The position numbers were made by a program, and so were the translations under genes. This document shows, piece after piece, positions 1-9,505 of a stretch of 64,000 bases of DNA. The first letter of the stretch is position 1; every line of letters starts with the position of its first letter. The notes under the pieces were generated by a model. It searched no databases, was not told the origin of the DNA, and was given only the letters and a program-made list of their open reading frames with translations. The DNA is from Bacillota bacterium (GTDB taxonomy: Bacteria; Bacillota_I; Bacilli_A; RF39; UBA660): positions 19,279 through 83,278 of the forward strand of contig JAEYYH010000032.1 of NCBI GenBank assembly GCA_023430885.1, given 5' to 3'.

Positions 1-675
1 TCTTTTTTCTTCATGTTCAGTTATTACTTTTAATACTTCTTTTGGATCAACATTACCTGTTACTACAACAAACATATTTGATGGATGATAAAAAGTATTA
101 TAACAATCATACAAATTTTCTTTTGTAATACTATTAACACTATCAATTGTACCAATAACAGGGTATTTCATTGGATGATCAATAAATGTATTATAAAGAA
201 TACCTTCATACATTCTTGAAAATGGTTTATCTTGATACATTTTTATTTCTTGAATAATTATTCCTTTTTCCTTTTCGACATTTTCATCAGTAAAATAAGG
301 TTTTTCGACATAATCAAGCAAAAATTCTAAATTTTCATAAAAACTATTTGGTCCAGAAAATAAATATGTTGTTTTTCTAACGTTGGTATTAGCATTAGCA
401 TCACTGCCTCTTTCTGAGAAGAAGTTAAAAACATCGCTACCATCTTCTTGTTCAAACATTTTGTGCTCTAAAAAATGAGCTATTCCTTTTGGAACACTAA
501 CCATTTTAGTACCGTTACTTGGTACAAAATCATTATGAATACCACCATATCTAGTACTATAAGTTGCATAAGTATTATTAACATTATTAAAAGGTACTAT
601 ATATACTTCTAAACCATTTTCTAATTTATCAAAATAAACATTTAAATCTAATCCGTTAAGCTGCTTCTTCTTCAT
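1..675 (-). CDS. M16 family zinc peptidase, catalytic subunit (N-terminal part; continues past window edge). The ORF track does not list this ORF because it is truncated at the window edge.
   Basis: Manual translation of minus strand from ATG at 675 (RBS aaaggag) gives MKKKQLNGLDLNVYFDKLENGLEVY...GIAHFLEHKMFEQEDG; HxxEH inverted zinc-binding motif (HFLEH) typical of M16/pitrilysin; start overlaps stop of upstream M16 partner. Confidence 0.6.
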   Translation of the reverse strand, partial: MKKKQLNGLDLNVYFDKLENGLEVYIVPFNNVNNTYATYSTRYGGIHNDFVPSNGTKMVSVPKGIAHFLEHKMFEQEDGSDVFNFFSERGSDANANTNVRKTTYLFSGPNSFYENLEFLLDYVEKPYFTDENVEKEKGIIIQEIKMYQDKPFSRMYEGILYNTFIDHPMKYPVIGTIDSVNSITKENLYDCYNTFYHPSNMFVVVTGNVDPKEVLKVITEHEEKR

Positions 676-1933
676 GTCTATCTCCTTTTAGTAAATATAT
701 AGTATCTAAATGAATCTTTTTACTTACATTAATAATATCTTCTCTAGTTACTTTTACTATTTCTTTAGTTCTATCTTCAAGCAAACCATAATCTAAATAT
801 TCATGAGCTTCATAGATATTTATTATACCATTTGTGGAATCCTCTAATTCTTTTAAAGACGCTAAATATGTTGTCTTTGCTTGAATAAGTTCTTCATCAG
901 TAAAGTCTCCCTGAGCCATCTTTTTAATTTCTTTTTTAACTAGTTTAATTGTTTTGTCAAAATTCTTTTCATCAATACCAGCACTAATATATTGCAAATT
1001 TGCAATACCAGAATGTGATGAAGAAATAGAATAACATAGGCTATTCTTTTCTCTTACTTCTTTGAATAATTTTGAATCAGGTCCACCACCTAATACAGAA
1101 TTATATAATGCCAAAACATATTCTCTCTCAAATGGAGTAATATTTTTCAGTTTAGATGCCACTATAAGAATACTTTGATTAATTTCTTTTGAATCTTTTA
1201 CTACTTGTGGTAATGTTCTAAACTTATCTTGCTTTATGAAATGATCTGCTGTTGTTCTCTTTAGAGTATTTATAATAAAATTATCTTTTATTATTTTTTC
1301 CATATTATTAAAATCAATATTACCCACTATAAATATATCAATTAAGTTTGTTCTAAGAAGATCTTTATAATATGTATATAAATTTTCAGGCGTTATTTTT
1401 TCTAAATCTTCCATATAGCCTGTATTATGAAATTTCAATACTGAATCAGGACACATATTTTCATAAAGTCTAGAAAAAGCATATCTTCCCGGATTATCGT
1501 TAAAAGATTCTATATCTTCTTTTAATATGTTTTTTGCATTATTGAATGTTTGAGTATCAAATTTACCATTTTCAACATTAGGATTAAAAATGAAGTCCAA
1601 AAAGAACTGAAAAGATTTTTCAGTCATTCCACTTTCAGTATACTTCTCATTTAAGAATGTTGTATCTAGTCTTAATAATTGGTAATTACCAGATTGACTA
1701 GTGCTAGCGCCTATGTTTATATTATATAAATATTCACACTCAATATCTAATAATCTTCTTGTAGTATATTTTTTTGTAGCCTCAAGCAAAATTAAAGAAA
1801 GCATATTTCTATATGCAATCTTTTCTTTTTCAATTGGTTCTTTAAAGTTTATTCTAACTTTAATTTTTTTGAACTTATCGGTTTTCACAAAATGAATATT
1901 ATAAGCCTGCTCATTTATTTTTCTGTATTCCAT
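656..1933 (-). CDS. M16 family peptidase, likely non-catalytic partner subunit
   Basis: 425-aa ORF, insulinase-like fold sequence pattern, no HxxEH motif; translationally coupled to downstream catalytic M16 gene. Confidence 0.7.
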   Translation of the reverse strand: MEYRKINEQAYNIHFVKTDKFKKIKVRINFKEPIEKEKIAYRNMLSLILLEATKKYTTRRLLDIECEYLYNINIGASTSQSGNYQLLRLDTTFLNEKYTESGMTEKSFQFFLDFIFNPNVENGKFDTQTFNNAKNILKEDIESFNDNPGRYAFSRLYENMCPDSVLKFHNTGYMEDLEKITPENLYTYYKDLLRTNLIDIFIVGNIDFNNMEKIIKDNFIINTLKRTTADHFIKQDKFRTLPQVVKDSKEINQSILIVASKLKNITPFEREYVLALYNSVLGGGPDSKLFKEVREKNSLCYSISSSHSGIANLQYISAGIDEKNFDKTIKLVKKEIKKMAQGDFTDEELIQAKTTYLASLKELEDSTNGIINIYEAHEYLDYGLLEDRTKEIVKVTREDIINVSKKIHLDTIYLLKGDRHEEEAA

Positions 1934-1947
1934 TTCTTCACCTCGTT

Positions 1948-2916
1948 TTATAATAAACTATTAAATTTATTTAACAATTCTTTCTTTTCTATTTCACTAA
2001 TAAAAGCATGTTCTATAGCCATTTTATTTATTTTAATAAAATCATCTATAGTAAATCCCAGACTATTTTCTAGATGTTGATATTCTTTTCTTAAAGTTGT
2101 ATTTGACACTGTTCTATTATCTGTATTAATTGATATCGGGACGTCCATGTCATATAATTTTTTAATAGGATGATTTTTATAACTATCTACTACTCTAGTT
2201 TGAATATTACTTGTAGGACATACTTCAAGTAATATGTTTTTATTTATTACTTCTTTAATTAAATCTTCTTCGGTAATTATATTAACACCATGGCCAATTC
2301 TTGAAGTGCCAAAATCTATGGCTGACTTAATGCTTTCTCTACCATCAGCTTCTCCAGCATGTATAGTAAATGGTACTTTTTTTTCTTTAGAATATTCAAA
2401 TAATTCTCTAAAATCCTCTGTTTTATATATTGCTTCTGCGCCCGCTAAATCTACAGCGCATACACCATTATTTAAATAATGTCTAGCTGTATCAATAACT
2501 TTCATATTAGCTTCTAAGCTATCATCACGCATCATACAAAGAATTACATTAGTTTTTAAATCCACTCTTCTTAATCCCATAATAACACTTTCAACAACAT
2601 CATATAAGGATAATCCTTCTAATATGTGTTTACTTGGCGCAAACCTAACTTCAGCATATAAAACACCATCATTTTTCATATCAACAGCAAGTTCATATGC
2701 CACTCTTTCCAAATTTCTACTTGTTTGCATAACCATAACAGGTAACTCAAATTTAGTTAAATAAGCATTTAAATCTTCACACTTTTCTTTGGCAATCATC
2801 TCATACTTAACTTCATTAATATTTCTATCAAGTAACTCTGAAGCAGTCTCTAATCTAACTGAACCATCTAGATGAACATGAAGTTCAATCTTAGGCAATC
2901 TAGTATAATCTGTCAT
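1948..2916 (-). CDS. add: adenosine deaminase
   Basis: N-terminal LPKIELHVHLDGS metal-binding motif and overall adenosine deaminase pattern (322 aa). Confidence 0.85.
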   Translation of the reverse strand: MTDYTRLPKIELHVHLDGSVRLETASELLDRNINEVKYEMIAKEKCEDLNAYLTKFELPVMVMQTSRNLERVAYELAVDMKNDGVLYAEVRFAPSKHILEGLSLYDVVESVIMGLRRVDLKTNVILCMMRDDSLEANMKVIDTARHYLNNGVCAVDLAGAEAIYKTEDFRELFEYSKEKKVPFTIHAGEADGRESIKSAIDFGTSRIGHGVNIITEEDLIKEVINKNILLEVCPTSNIQTRVVDSYKNHPIKKLYDMDVPISINTDNRTVSNTTLRKEYQHLENSLGFTIDDFIKINKMAIEHAFISEIEKKELLNKFNSLL

Positions 2917-3620
2917 AGTTTTAATGAGCTTTCTAATGCTAGTTCAATCATTTTAGTAAAACTATTTTGTCTCTCTAAAGATGTTGTTTCCTCATTTGTA
3001 ACTAAATTATTAGAAACTGTAAGTAAACAAGCTGCCTTTTTGCCTAATACATTGGCGTTGTGAAATAATGCAAATGATTCCATCTCACTAGCTAAACATC
3101 CATATTTATTATATATTTCTTTAAAATTATCATTCTCTTTATAAAATACATCAGAACTATGAATATTAGCTATTGTTATATGTTCATTTAACTCTTCAGC
3201 TGTTTCCTTTATGTAAAAGTTCAAATAATCAGAAGCATACATCATATTATCTTCACATCCATTTTGTGTTTTAGCATATGAAGATTCTGAATAACAGGCA
3301 TTTACTAAAACTAAATCATATAAATTTAAATCGGTAGTATATGCGCCACAGCTACCTACCCTAATTATTTTTTCGACATTATAAAATTTAAATAATTCAT
3401 ATGAATATATTCCAATACTTGGCATTCCCATACCAGAAGCCATTACTGTTACTGTCTTATCTTTATACTGACCAGTAAAAGCAAGTATTCCTCTTATATT
3501 ATTAACTAATTTATAATTTTCTAAATATGTTTCTGCAATGAACTTAGCACGTAATGGATCGCCTGGCATAATTACTATTTTAGCTATTTCATCTTCTTTT
3601 GCTTCAATATGTGGTGTCAT
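2913..3620 (-). CDS. deoD: purine nucleoside phosphorylase DeoD-type
   Basis: MTPHIEAKEDEIAKIVIMPGDPLRAKFIAE... classic DeoD/PNP-I N-terminus; 235 aa; 4-bp overlap with add. Confidence 0.85.
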   Translation of the reverse strand: MTPHIEAKEDEIAKIVIMPGDPLRAKFIAETYLENYKLVNNIRGILAFTGQYKDKTVTVMASGMGMPSIGIYSYELFKFYNVEKIIRVGSCGAYTTDLNLYDLVLVNACYSESSYAKTQNGCEDNMMYASDYLNFYIKETAEELNEHITIANIHSSDVFYKENDNFKEIYNKYGCLASEMESFALFHNANVLGKKAACLLTVSNNLVTNEETTSLERQNSFTKMIELALESSLKL

Positions 3621-3640
3621 AATTATTTCTCCTTTTTATT

Positions 3641-4150
3641 TTATGCATTTTTTTGTTTTTTATTTTGTTTTGGTAAATTTTTTTTAATAAAGTCTACTGC
3701 TTTATCAAAGTCTTCAGTTTTTTCAAATAATTGTTTATTAAATATAACTATCATTTTACTAGTTAACACTTCATAACTATTTTGAGTTTCATTTGTTTTA
3801 ATAATATCTTTTAGCAGTATTGATATTTCTGAATCATCTAATTTTTCAGTAAATTTTTCGGCAGTTAAAGTACAGTTATAAACACCGTATTTTACTCCTA
3901 AACTCTTTTCGTTCATTTTCACAAGTAATTTTGAAGTTAGTATAGTAACTAATTCAACTGCAATATAAATTATTATTACTGCAATTAAATAGAAACATAA
4001 CATTAGTAAAAAATTATCTAATATTAAATCTCTAACAAAAAATAGATAGATTATTGAACTTATTAATACATAATAACCATTGTTCTTTGAGTTTGTCTTT
4101 CTTACGATTCTTTCATAATTTTTCTTACTTAAGTTATACTTAAATTTCAT
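3641..4150 (-). CDS. hypothetical membrane protein
   Basis: 169-aa ORF with two predicted TM helices; extended -10 (TGcTATAAT) on coding strand about 25 nt upstream. Confidence 0.45.
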   Translation of the reverse strand: MKFKYNLSKKNYERIVRKTNSKNNGYYVLISSIIYLFFVRDLILDNFLLMLCFYLIAVIIIYIAVELVTILTSKLLVKMNEKSLGVKYGVYNCTLTAEKFTEKLDDSEISILLKDIIKTNETQNSYEVLTSKMIVIFNKQLFEKTEDFDKAVDFIKKNLPKQNKKQKNA

Positions 4151-4221
4151 TTTATCATCTTCCTAACATATACATTATAGCAAATTTATCATAAATCATA
4201 AACACTTTGTTTAAAGTTAGT

Positions 4222-4250
4222 TAATAAAAACCAATCTACTAATAGATTGG
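4222..4250 (-). terminator. rho-independent terminator downstream of pilin-like gene
   Basis: Minus-strand hairpin ccaatcta-ttag-tagattgg followed by TTTTTATT. Confidence 0.6.
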
Positions 4251-4288
4251 CTTAGTAATTATACAAGTTGTTAGAATTTTTTGTTATT

Positions 4289-4669
4289 TTATAGATCTGT
4301 TATTGTTAGTTCAGTAGCTGATGAAACTTTAGTAGCAGTAAATCTACTACTTGATATAGACACAGTTGAATTACATAAATTATCTAATGAAATTGTTCCA
4401 GTTAATGGTAATTCACCTTGAATATTCACAGCTGGTGATGCAACGCCATCATCAAATGAATACGATGTAGTTAATGCTTCGCCTTTAATAAGTTGAAGTT
4501 GACATGCATCTTCTACAGCTCCTACTATATTATTAGCACTTGCTTCAAATGTTCCTCTTCTACTTTCTCTAACAATAGTATTAACTACTGGGATAGCAAT
4601 TAATGCGATTATTGCTAGTATTAGAATTACAGCTAGTAATTCAATTAATGTAAATCCTTTTCTACTCAT
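4289..4669 (-). CDS. prepilin-type (class III signal peptide) pilin/pseudopilin-like protein
   Basis: MSRKGFTLIELLAVILILAIIALIAIPVV: canonical G-FTLIE prepilin cleavage/methylation motif; the first ~120 aa are paralogous to the N-terminus of the 19444..21153 protein. Confidence 0.7.
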   Translation of the reverse strand: MSRKGFTLIELLAVILILAIIALIAIPVVNTIVRESRRGTFEASANNIVGAVEDACQLQLIKGEALTTSYSFDDGVASPAVNIQGELPLTGTISLDNLCNSTVSISSSRFTATKVSSATELTITDL

Positions 4670-4761
4670 TTCTAAACTCCTTCTATTTTATTAATTTTAT
4701 TTTATCACGGATTCTATTTAATTTTCAAGATATTTAAAAAAATTGTCGGTTTTTGTTTACA

Positions 4762-4797
4762 TATAAAAATAAGAAATAAAATTTCATTTTATTTCTT
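4762..4797 (-). terminator. rho-independent terminator
   Basis: Minus-strand hairpin aagaaataaaat-gaa-attttatttctt followed by T-rich tract, immediately downstream of 4807..6324. Confidence 0.6.
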
Positions 4798-4806
4798 ATT
4801 CTATAT

Positions 4807-6324
4807 TTAATTATTAAGTGCTCTTAAAAAAGGATAACCATTATTTATAGTTGGGCTTATATTCCATATGTTTGTAAAATCCCAACCTATATAACTGTTT
4901 TTATTTTTAGCTTGAGTAGTTGTTAACCCTGCACCTAAATCAAAACTTTGATAAGGAATACCGGAACTTTCCATATCCCAATAAGAATTTGTTATTGTCG
5001 CACTATAATACCATCCAACAAGTCCTTCTTTAGCACCTGATGTATTTTGAATTACTTGACCAGTACTATAGCAATTTTCGACAGTTGCCATCCAAACGTA
5101 ACCAGCAAAACCACCTATGTGGCCGTAACTACTAGAGTTTATTACTGTTACATTAGCATACGAATTCCTTATAGTTTTATTGTTTCTTCCAACAAAGCCT
5201 CCGGTCATCATTGATGTTCCGCCTACATAAATATTTTCAACTTTACCTGTAGCATAAGACTCAGATATTGCCCCTTCGTTCTGCCCAATAAATCCTCCAA
5301 CATATTCATTAGAACCCTTTACATCGGCATTTATGACATATGATTTACTTATTTTACCAGATGATTCACCAATAAGTCCTCCTGTGTGGGCTGCTCCTCT
5401 AACAACTGGATTAATAATAGAACAGTTTTCTATTACTCCAGCACTACTTGTGTGTCTGCCCATTATTGTTCCTGTAATCCAATCTCCAGTTACATTTGCA
5501 TTTTCCAATACTATATTTTTGAAATCACCAGAGCCGGCAGTAAATAATCCTACACTATCACCAGTAGGTCTATTTATATATAAATTTTTTATACGAAAGT
5601 TGTTACCATTAAAATCACCAGAAAATTGATTTGATGATGTAATCCCACCAGTATCTAGAAAATTGCCTATTGGTTTCCAACCGGCACCAGTAGTCCAAAG
5701 AGCTTTATTTGCAGCAGAATTCAAATAACTTGCATTATCATTGAAATCTAAATTTCTCATTAATTCATAATTTGATGAACGCGTAGTTGAATTAGATTCA
5801 ATATATTTAAGTTGTTCTAAGTACCATATATCTAGATAACTATCGCCATCAGAATCTTTAAGATTATTTGCTACTTCTCCAGCTGGAGGCATAGGTGAAA
5901 AAAATCCATCCAAATTACAATCTTCTTTTGTTTTTGTCGTCAAAATTACACTATCGTCACCAAAAATTTTTTCAGCACAATATGTCCCATCATGAATGGC
6001 AATAGCTATTTCACCATCATTACGAATTATAACATAACCATAATCGGGATTCTTTCCAGAATAATCTAGTTTATTTAATGACGGTTCAAATACCTGCACT
6101 CCATTTACATAATTATAAGCCATACTATCTTTTGTTCCATCTAATGCATCTTTCGTATACCTTACTACTGCCGCATCAATTATAGTATGCGCTGTAACTT
6201 CAAATGCACCTTTTTTTGCTTGGGCTGTTATTTTTGAAACTGTTGGTATAGCTATTAAAACTATTACTCCTAATATTAAAATTACTGCTAAAAGTTCGAT
6301 TAATGTAAAACCGGCTTTTTTCAT
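4807..6324 (-). CDS. prepilin-type N-terminal domain protein with C-terminal GLUG-motif repeats
   Basis: MKKAGFTLIELLAVILILGVIVLIAIP prepilin motif; C-terminal half carries repeated GG(L/F)(I/V)G(E/Q/R)N...Y blocks (GGLIGESSG, GGFIGQNEG, GGFVGRNNK, GGFAGYVW) typical of the GLUG motif. Confidence 0.65.
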   Translation of the reverse strand: MKKAGFTLIELLAVILILGVIVLIAIPTVSKITAQAKKGAFEVTAHTIIDAAVVRYTKDALDGTKDSMAYNYVNGVQVFEPSLNKLDYSGKNPDYGYVIIRNDGEIAIAIHDGTYCAEKIFGDDSVILTTKTKEDCNLDGFFSPMPPAGEVANNLKDSDGDSYLDIWYLEQLKYIESNSTTRSSNYELMRNLDFNDNASYLNSAANKALWTTGAGWKPIGNFLDTGGITSSNQFSGDFNGNNFRIKNLYINRPTGDSVGLFTAGSGDFKNIVLENANVTGDWITGTIMGRHTSSAGVIENCSIINPVVRGAAHTGGLIGESSGKISKSYVINADVKGSNEYVGGFIGQNEGAISESYATGKVENIYVGGTSMMTGGFVGRNNKTIRNSYANVTVINSSSYGHIGGFAGYVWMATVENCYSTGQVIQNTSGAKEGLVGWYYSATITNSYWDMESSGIPYQSFDLGAGLTTTQAKNKNSYIGWDFTNIWNISPTINNGYPFLRALNN

Positions 6325-6464
6325 ATTCCTCTCCTAACATTCAGGTTCAACAATATACTACTTATTTTTCACATTGTAACATTCTATTTATTTAAAGTCA
6401 AATTCTATAAATCAGTATGCAATTACTATTTAAATCTATAAAATTAATTCTATTTAATAACAGT

Positions 6465-6504
6465 ATATAAAAAAACATTTTGACTTTATAAATCAAAATG
6501 TTTT
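6465..6504 (-). terminator. rho-independent terminator after uvrA
   Basis: 12-bp stem aaaacattttga/tcaaaatgtttt; on the minus strand followed by TTTTTTT. Confidence 0.6.
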
Positions 6505-6510
6505 TGCTTT

Positions 6511-9321
6511 TTATAATAATGGTTTTAAGAATTTTCCCGTATAGCTTTCATCAATTTTTATTATATCTTCTGGAGTACCTGTTGCAATAATAGTTCCACC
6601 ACCATCGCCACCTTCTGGACCCAAATCAATAATATAATCAGCAACTTTAATAACATCTAAGTTATGTTCAATAACAACAACTGTATCGCCATTATCAACT
6701 ATTCTTTGTAATATTACTAACAATTTCTTAATATCATCAGTATGTAAACCAGTTGTTGGCTCATCTAATATAAATAAACTCTTACCAGTTGGTTTCTTTT
6801 GTAACTCTTTGGCAAGCTTGACTCTTGCTGCTTCACCACCTGAAAGTGTTGGAGCACTTTGACCTAATTTAACATAAGAAAGTCCAACATCTAAAAGCAT
6901 TTGTAGTTTTGTCTTAACTTTTGGCACATTTTCAAAAAATTCTAATGCTTCATCAACACGCATTTCTAAAACATCATATATGTTTTTGTCTTTATATTTA
7001 ATTTGAAGTGTTTCAGTGTTATATCTTGTACCTCCACATACATCACAAGGAACATATACATCTGGTAGAAAGTGCATTTCTATTCTCTTTACGCCATCGC
7101 CCCAACAAGCTTCACAACGACCACCTTTAACATTAAATGAAAATCTTCCTTTATCGTAACCACGAATTTTTGCTTCTTTTGTTTGTGTAAACACATCTCT
7201 TATATCATCAAATACACCTACATAAGTTGCAGGATTACTTCTCGGAGTTCTTCCAATTGGTGATTGTGATATATCAACAACTTTATCAATATTATCTAAG
7301 CCTTTTATTGACTTAAACTTACCCGGTTTCTCTTTAGTTCTATATAAATTAGCGGCTACAGCCTTGTATAAAATTTCATTTATCAAACTACTCTTTCCAG
7401 AACCAGAAACACCAGTTACACAAGTAAATGTTCCAAGAGGAAATTTTGCATCAATATTTTTTAAATTATTTTCTGTAGCACCTTTAATTTCAATAAATTT
7501 TTTATTTCCTTTTCGTCTAGTTTCTGGCACTTCTATCTTAAGTGCACCTGTCAAATATTTACCAGTTAAACTATTAGGATTCTTCATTACTTCTTCTGGA
7601 GTACCTTCTGCTACAACTTGCCCACCATGTAATCCAGCTCCTGGACCAATATCCACTAAATAATCAGCCGCTAACATTGTATCAGTGTCATGTTCGACAA
7701 CTACTAATGTATTTCCTATATCGCGCATTTCAATTAGAGAATTAATTAATCTTTGATTGTCTCTTTGATGTAGACCAATACTCGGTTCATCAAGGACATA
7801 TAAAACACCAGTTAATCTTGATCCAATTTGTGTTGCAAGTCTAATTCTTTGTGCCTCGCCACCACTTAAAGTACCAGCAGTTCTTGCAAGCGTTAAATAC
7901 TCAAGGCCAACATTTATCAAAAAGTTTAATCTTGATTCTATTTCTTTTATAATTAGTTTTGCTATTTCAGCTTGCTCTTTTGTAAGTTCTAGATTATTTA
8001 TAAATTTATATAAATCTCTAATACTTAAAAGAGTTACCTCATATATATTTTTACTATTTATTTTAACAGAAAGAACAGAATCAGCCAGTCTTGCTCCATT
8101 ACAAGTTTGACATGGAAGTTCAGTCATATACTGTTCAATCCAATCTCTTATCCAGCCACTTTTAGTCTCTATATATCTTCTTTCTAGATTTGTTATTATA
8201 CCTTCATAAAAATCTCTAGATGTTCTTGTATTACCATTTTTAGCTACATAATTAAACTCAAGAACATCAGGTGTGCCATATAATAATATATCTAGTTTTT
8301 CTCTACTTATTTTTTTAATTGGGCTATCCATATTAATATTATAACGTTTACATACAGTATCAATTTGAGTATATATGATATTGGTTGTGTCATTTAAATT
8401 TATAGCAACTATACCACCATCATTAATACTCTTATCTCTATCTGGTATTACTAGATCCTCATCTATCTTCATTTTAATTCCTAAACCTTTACAGTCTGGG
8501 CATGCTCCATATGGGGCATTAAATGAAAACATTCTAGGTTCTAATTCTGGTAAACTAAAATCACAATCTGGACAAGCGTATTTTTCACTCATTATAATAA
8601 GGTCTTTTCCTATTACATCAATAACAACTTTACCATTTGAAAGCTTGCTAGCTATCTCAATTGCCTCATAAAGTCTACTTCTTATATCAGCTTTAATTAT
8701 TAATCTATCAACAATAGCTTCAATATTATGTTTTTTATTTTTTTCAAGAATAATTTCTTCACTTAAGTCATAATCTTCGCCATCAATTCTAACTCTTGCA
8801 TAACCATCTTTTCTAAGATCATCAAGAACATCTTTTTGTGTACCTTTTTCGCCATATACAATTGGACTAAGTACTCTTATTTTAGTTCCCTCTTCTAAAG
8901 ATAATATTTGGTTAGTCATTTCTTCTACACTTTGGCTAGATATAGGTCTATGATGGGTTGGACAATAAGGTATACCTATTCTAGCATATAGTAGTCTTAA
9001 GTAATCATATATTTCTGTTACAGTTCCTACAGTACTTCTAGGATTTTTATTAGTAGTCTTTTGATCAATACTTATAGCTGGTGATAATCCTTCAATAGAA
9101 TCAACATCAGGCTTTTCCGAACCACCTAAAAACTGTCTAGCATAAGCACTTAGACTTTCAACATATCTTCTTTGCCCCTCTGCATATATTGTATCAAAAG
9201 CAAGAGAAGATTTTCCTGAACCTGATACACCTGTCATAACAATCAATTTATTTTTTGGTAACGTTATGTTAATATTTTTTAAATTATTTTCACGTGCACC
9301 TTTAATTATTATATTTTCCAT
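6511..9321 (-). CDS. uvrA: excinuclease ABC subunit A
   Basis: 936 aa, two ABC ATPase modules (GVSGSGKSSL twice), zinc-finger Cys pairs, LSGGEAQR signature; unmistakable UvrA. Confidence 0.95.
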   Translation of the reverse strand: MENIIIKGARENNLKNINITLPKNKLIVMTGVSGSGKSSLAFDTIYAEGQRRYVESLSAYARQFLGGSEKPDVDSIEGLSPAISIDQKTTNKNPRSTVGTVTEIYDYLRLLYARIGIPYCPTHHRPISSQSVEEMTNQILSLEEGTKIRVLSPIVYGEKGTQKDVLDDLRKDGYARVRIDGEDYDLSEEIILEKNKKHNIEAIVDRLIIKADIRSRLYEAIEIASKLSNGKVVIDVIGKDLIIMSEKYACPDCDFSLPELEPRMFSFNAPYGACPDCKGLGIKMKIDEDLVIPDRDKSINDGGIVAINLNDTTNIIYTQIDTVCKRYNINMDSPIKKISREKLDILLYGTPDVLEFNYVAKNGNTRTSRDFYEGIITNLERRYIETKSGWIRDWIEQYMTELPCQTCNGARLADSVLSVKINSKNIYEVTLLSIRDLYKFINNLELTKEQAEIAKLIIKEIESRLNFLINVGLEYLTLARTAGTLSGGEAQRIRLATQIGSRLTGVLYVLDEPSIGLHQRDNQRLINSLIEMRDIGNTLVVVEHDTDTMLAADYLVDIGPGAGLHGGQVVAEGTPEEVMKNPNSLTGKYLTGALKIEVPETRRKGNKKFIEIKGATENNLKNIDAKFPLGTFTCVTGVSGSGKSSLINEILYKAVAANLYRTKEKPGKFKSIKGLDNIDKVVDISQSPIGRTPRSNPATYVGVFDDIRDVFTQTKEAKIRGYDKGRFSFNVKGGRCEACWGDGVKRIEMHFLPDVYVPCDVCGGTRYNTETLQIKYKDKNIYDVLEMRVDEALEFFENVPKVKTKLQMLLDVGLSYVKLGQSAPTLSGGEAARVKLAKELQKKPTGKSLFILDEPTTGLHTDDIKKLLVILQRIVDNGDTVVVIEHNLDVIKVADYIIDLGPEGGDGGGTIIATGTPEDIIKIDESYTGKFLKPLL

Positions 9322-9418
9322 GAGCCACCTCTTAATTTCATAATTTTAATTAAAAACATCAGTAGTTATTATACCACGATTTTGTCTTTTTACTAACAAA
9401 CATTCACATTATATCAAA

Positions 9419-9432
9419 CGAACAAATGTTTG
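9419..9432. promoter_or_regulatory. LexA (SOS/Cheo-type) box candidate upstream of uvrA
   Basis: CGAACAAATGTTTG matches Firmicute LexA consensus CGAAC-N4-GTTCG at 12/14, about 100 bp upstream of uvrA start. Confidence 0.45.
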
Positions 9433-9505
9433 TACAGTGTTTTTTGAAAAAATTAAGCAGAATTTTGATGATTTCTAAAATTATTATTATAAAAAAAACA
9501 GGTTT

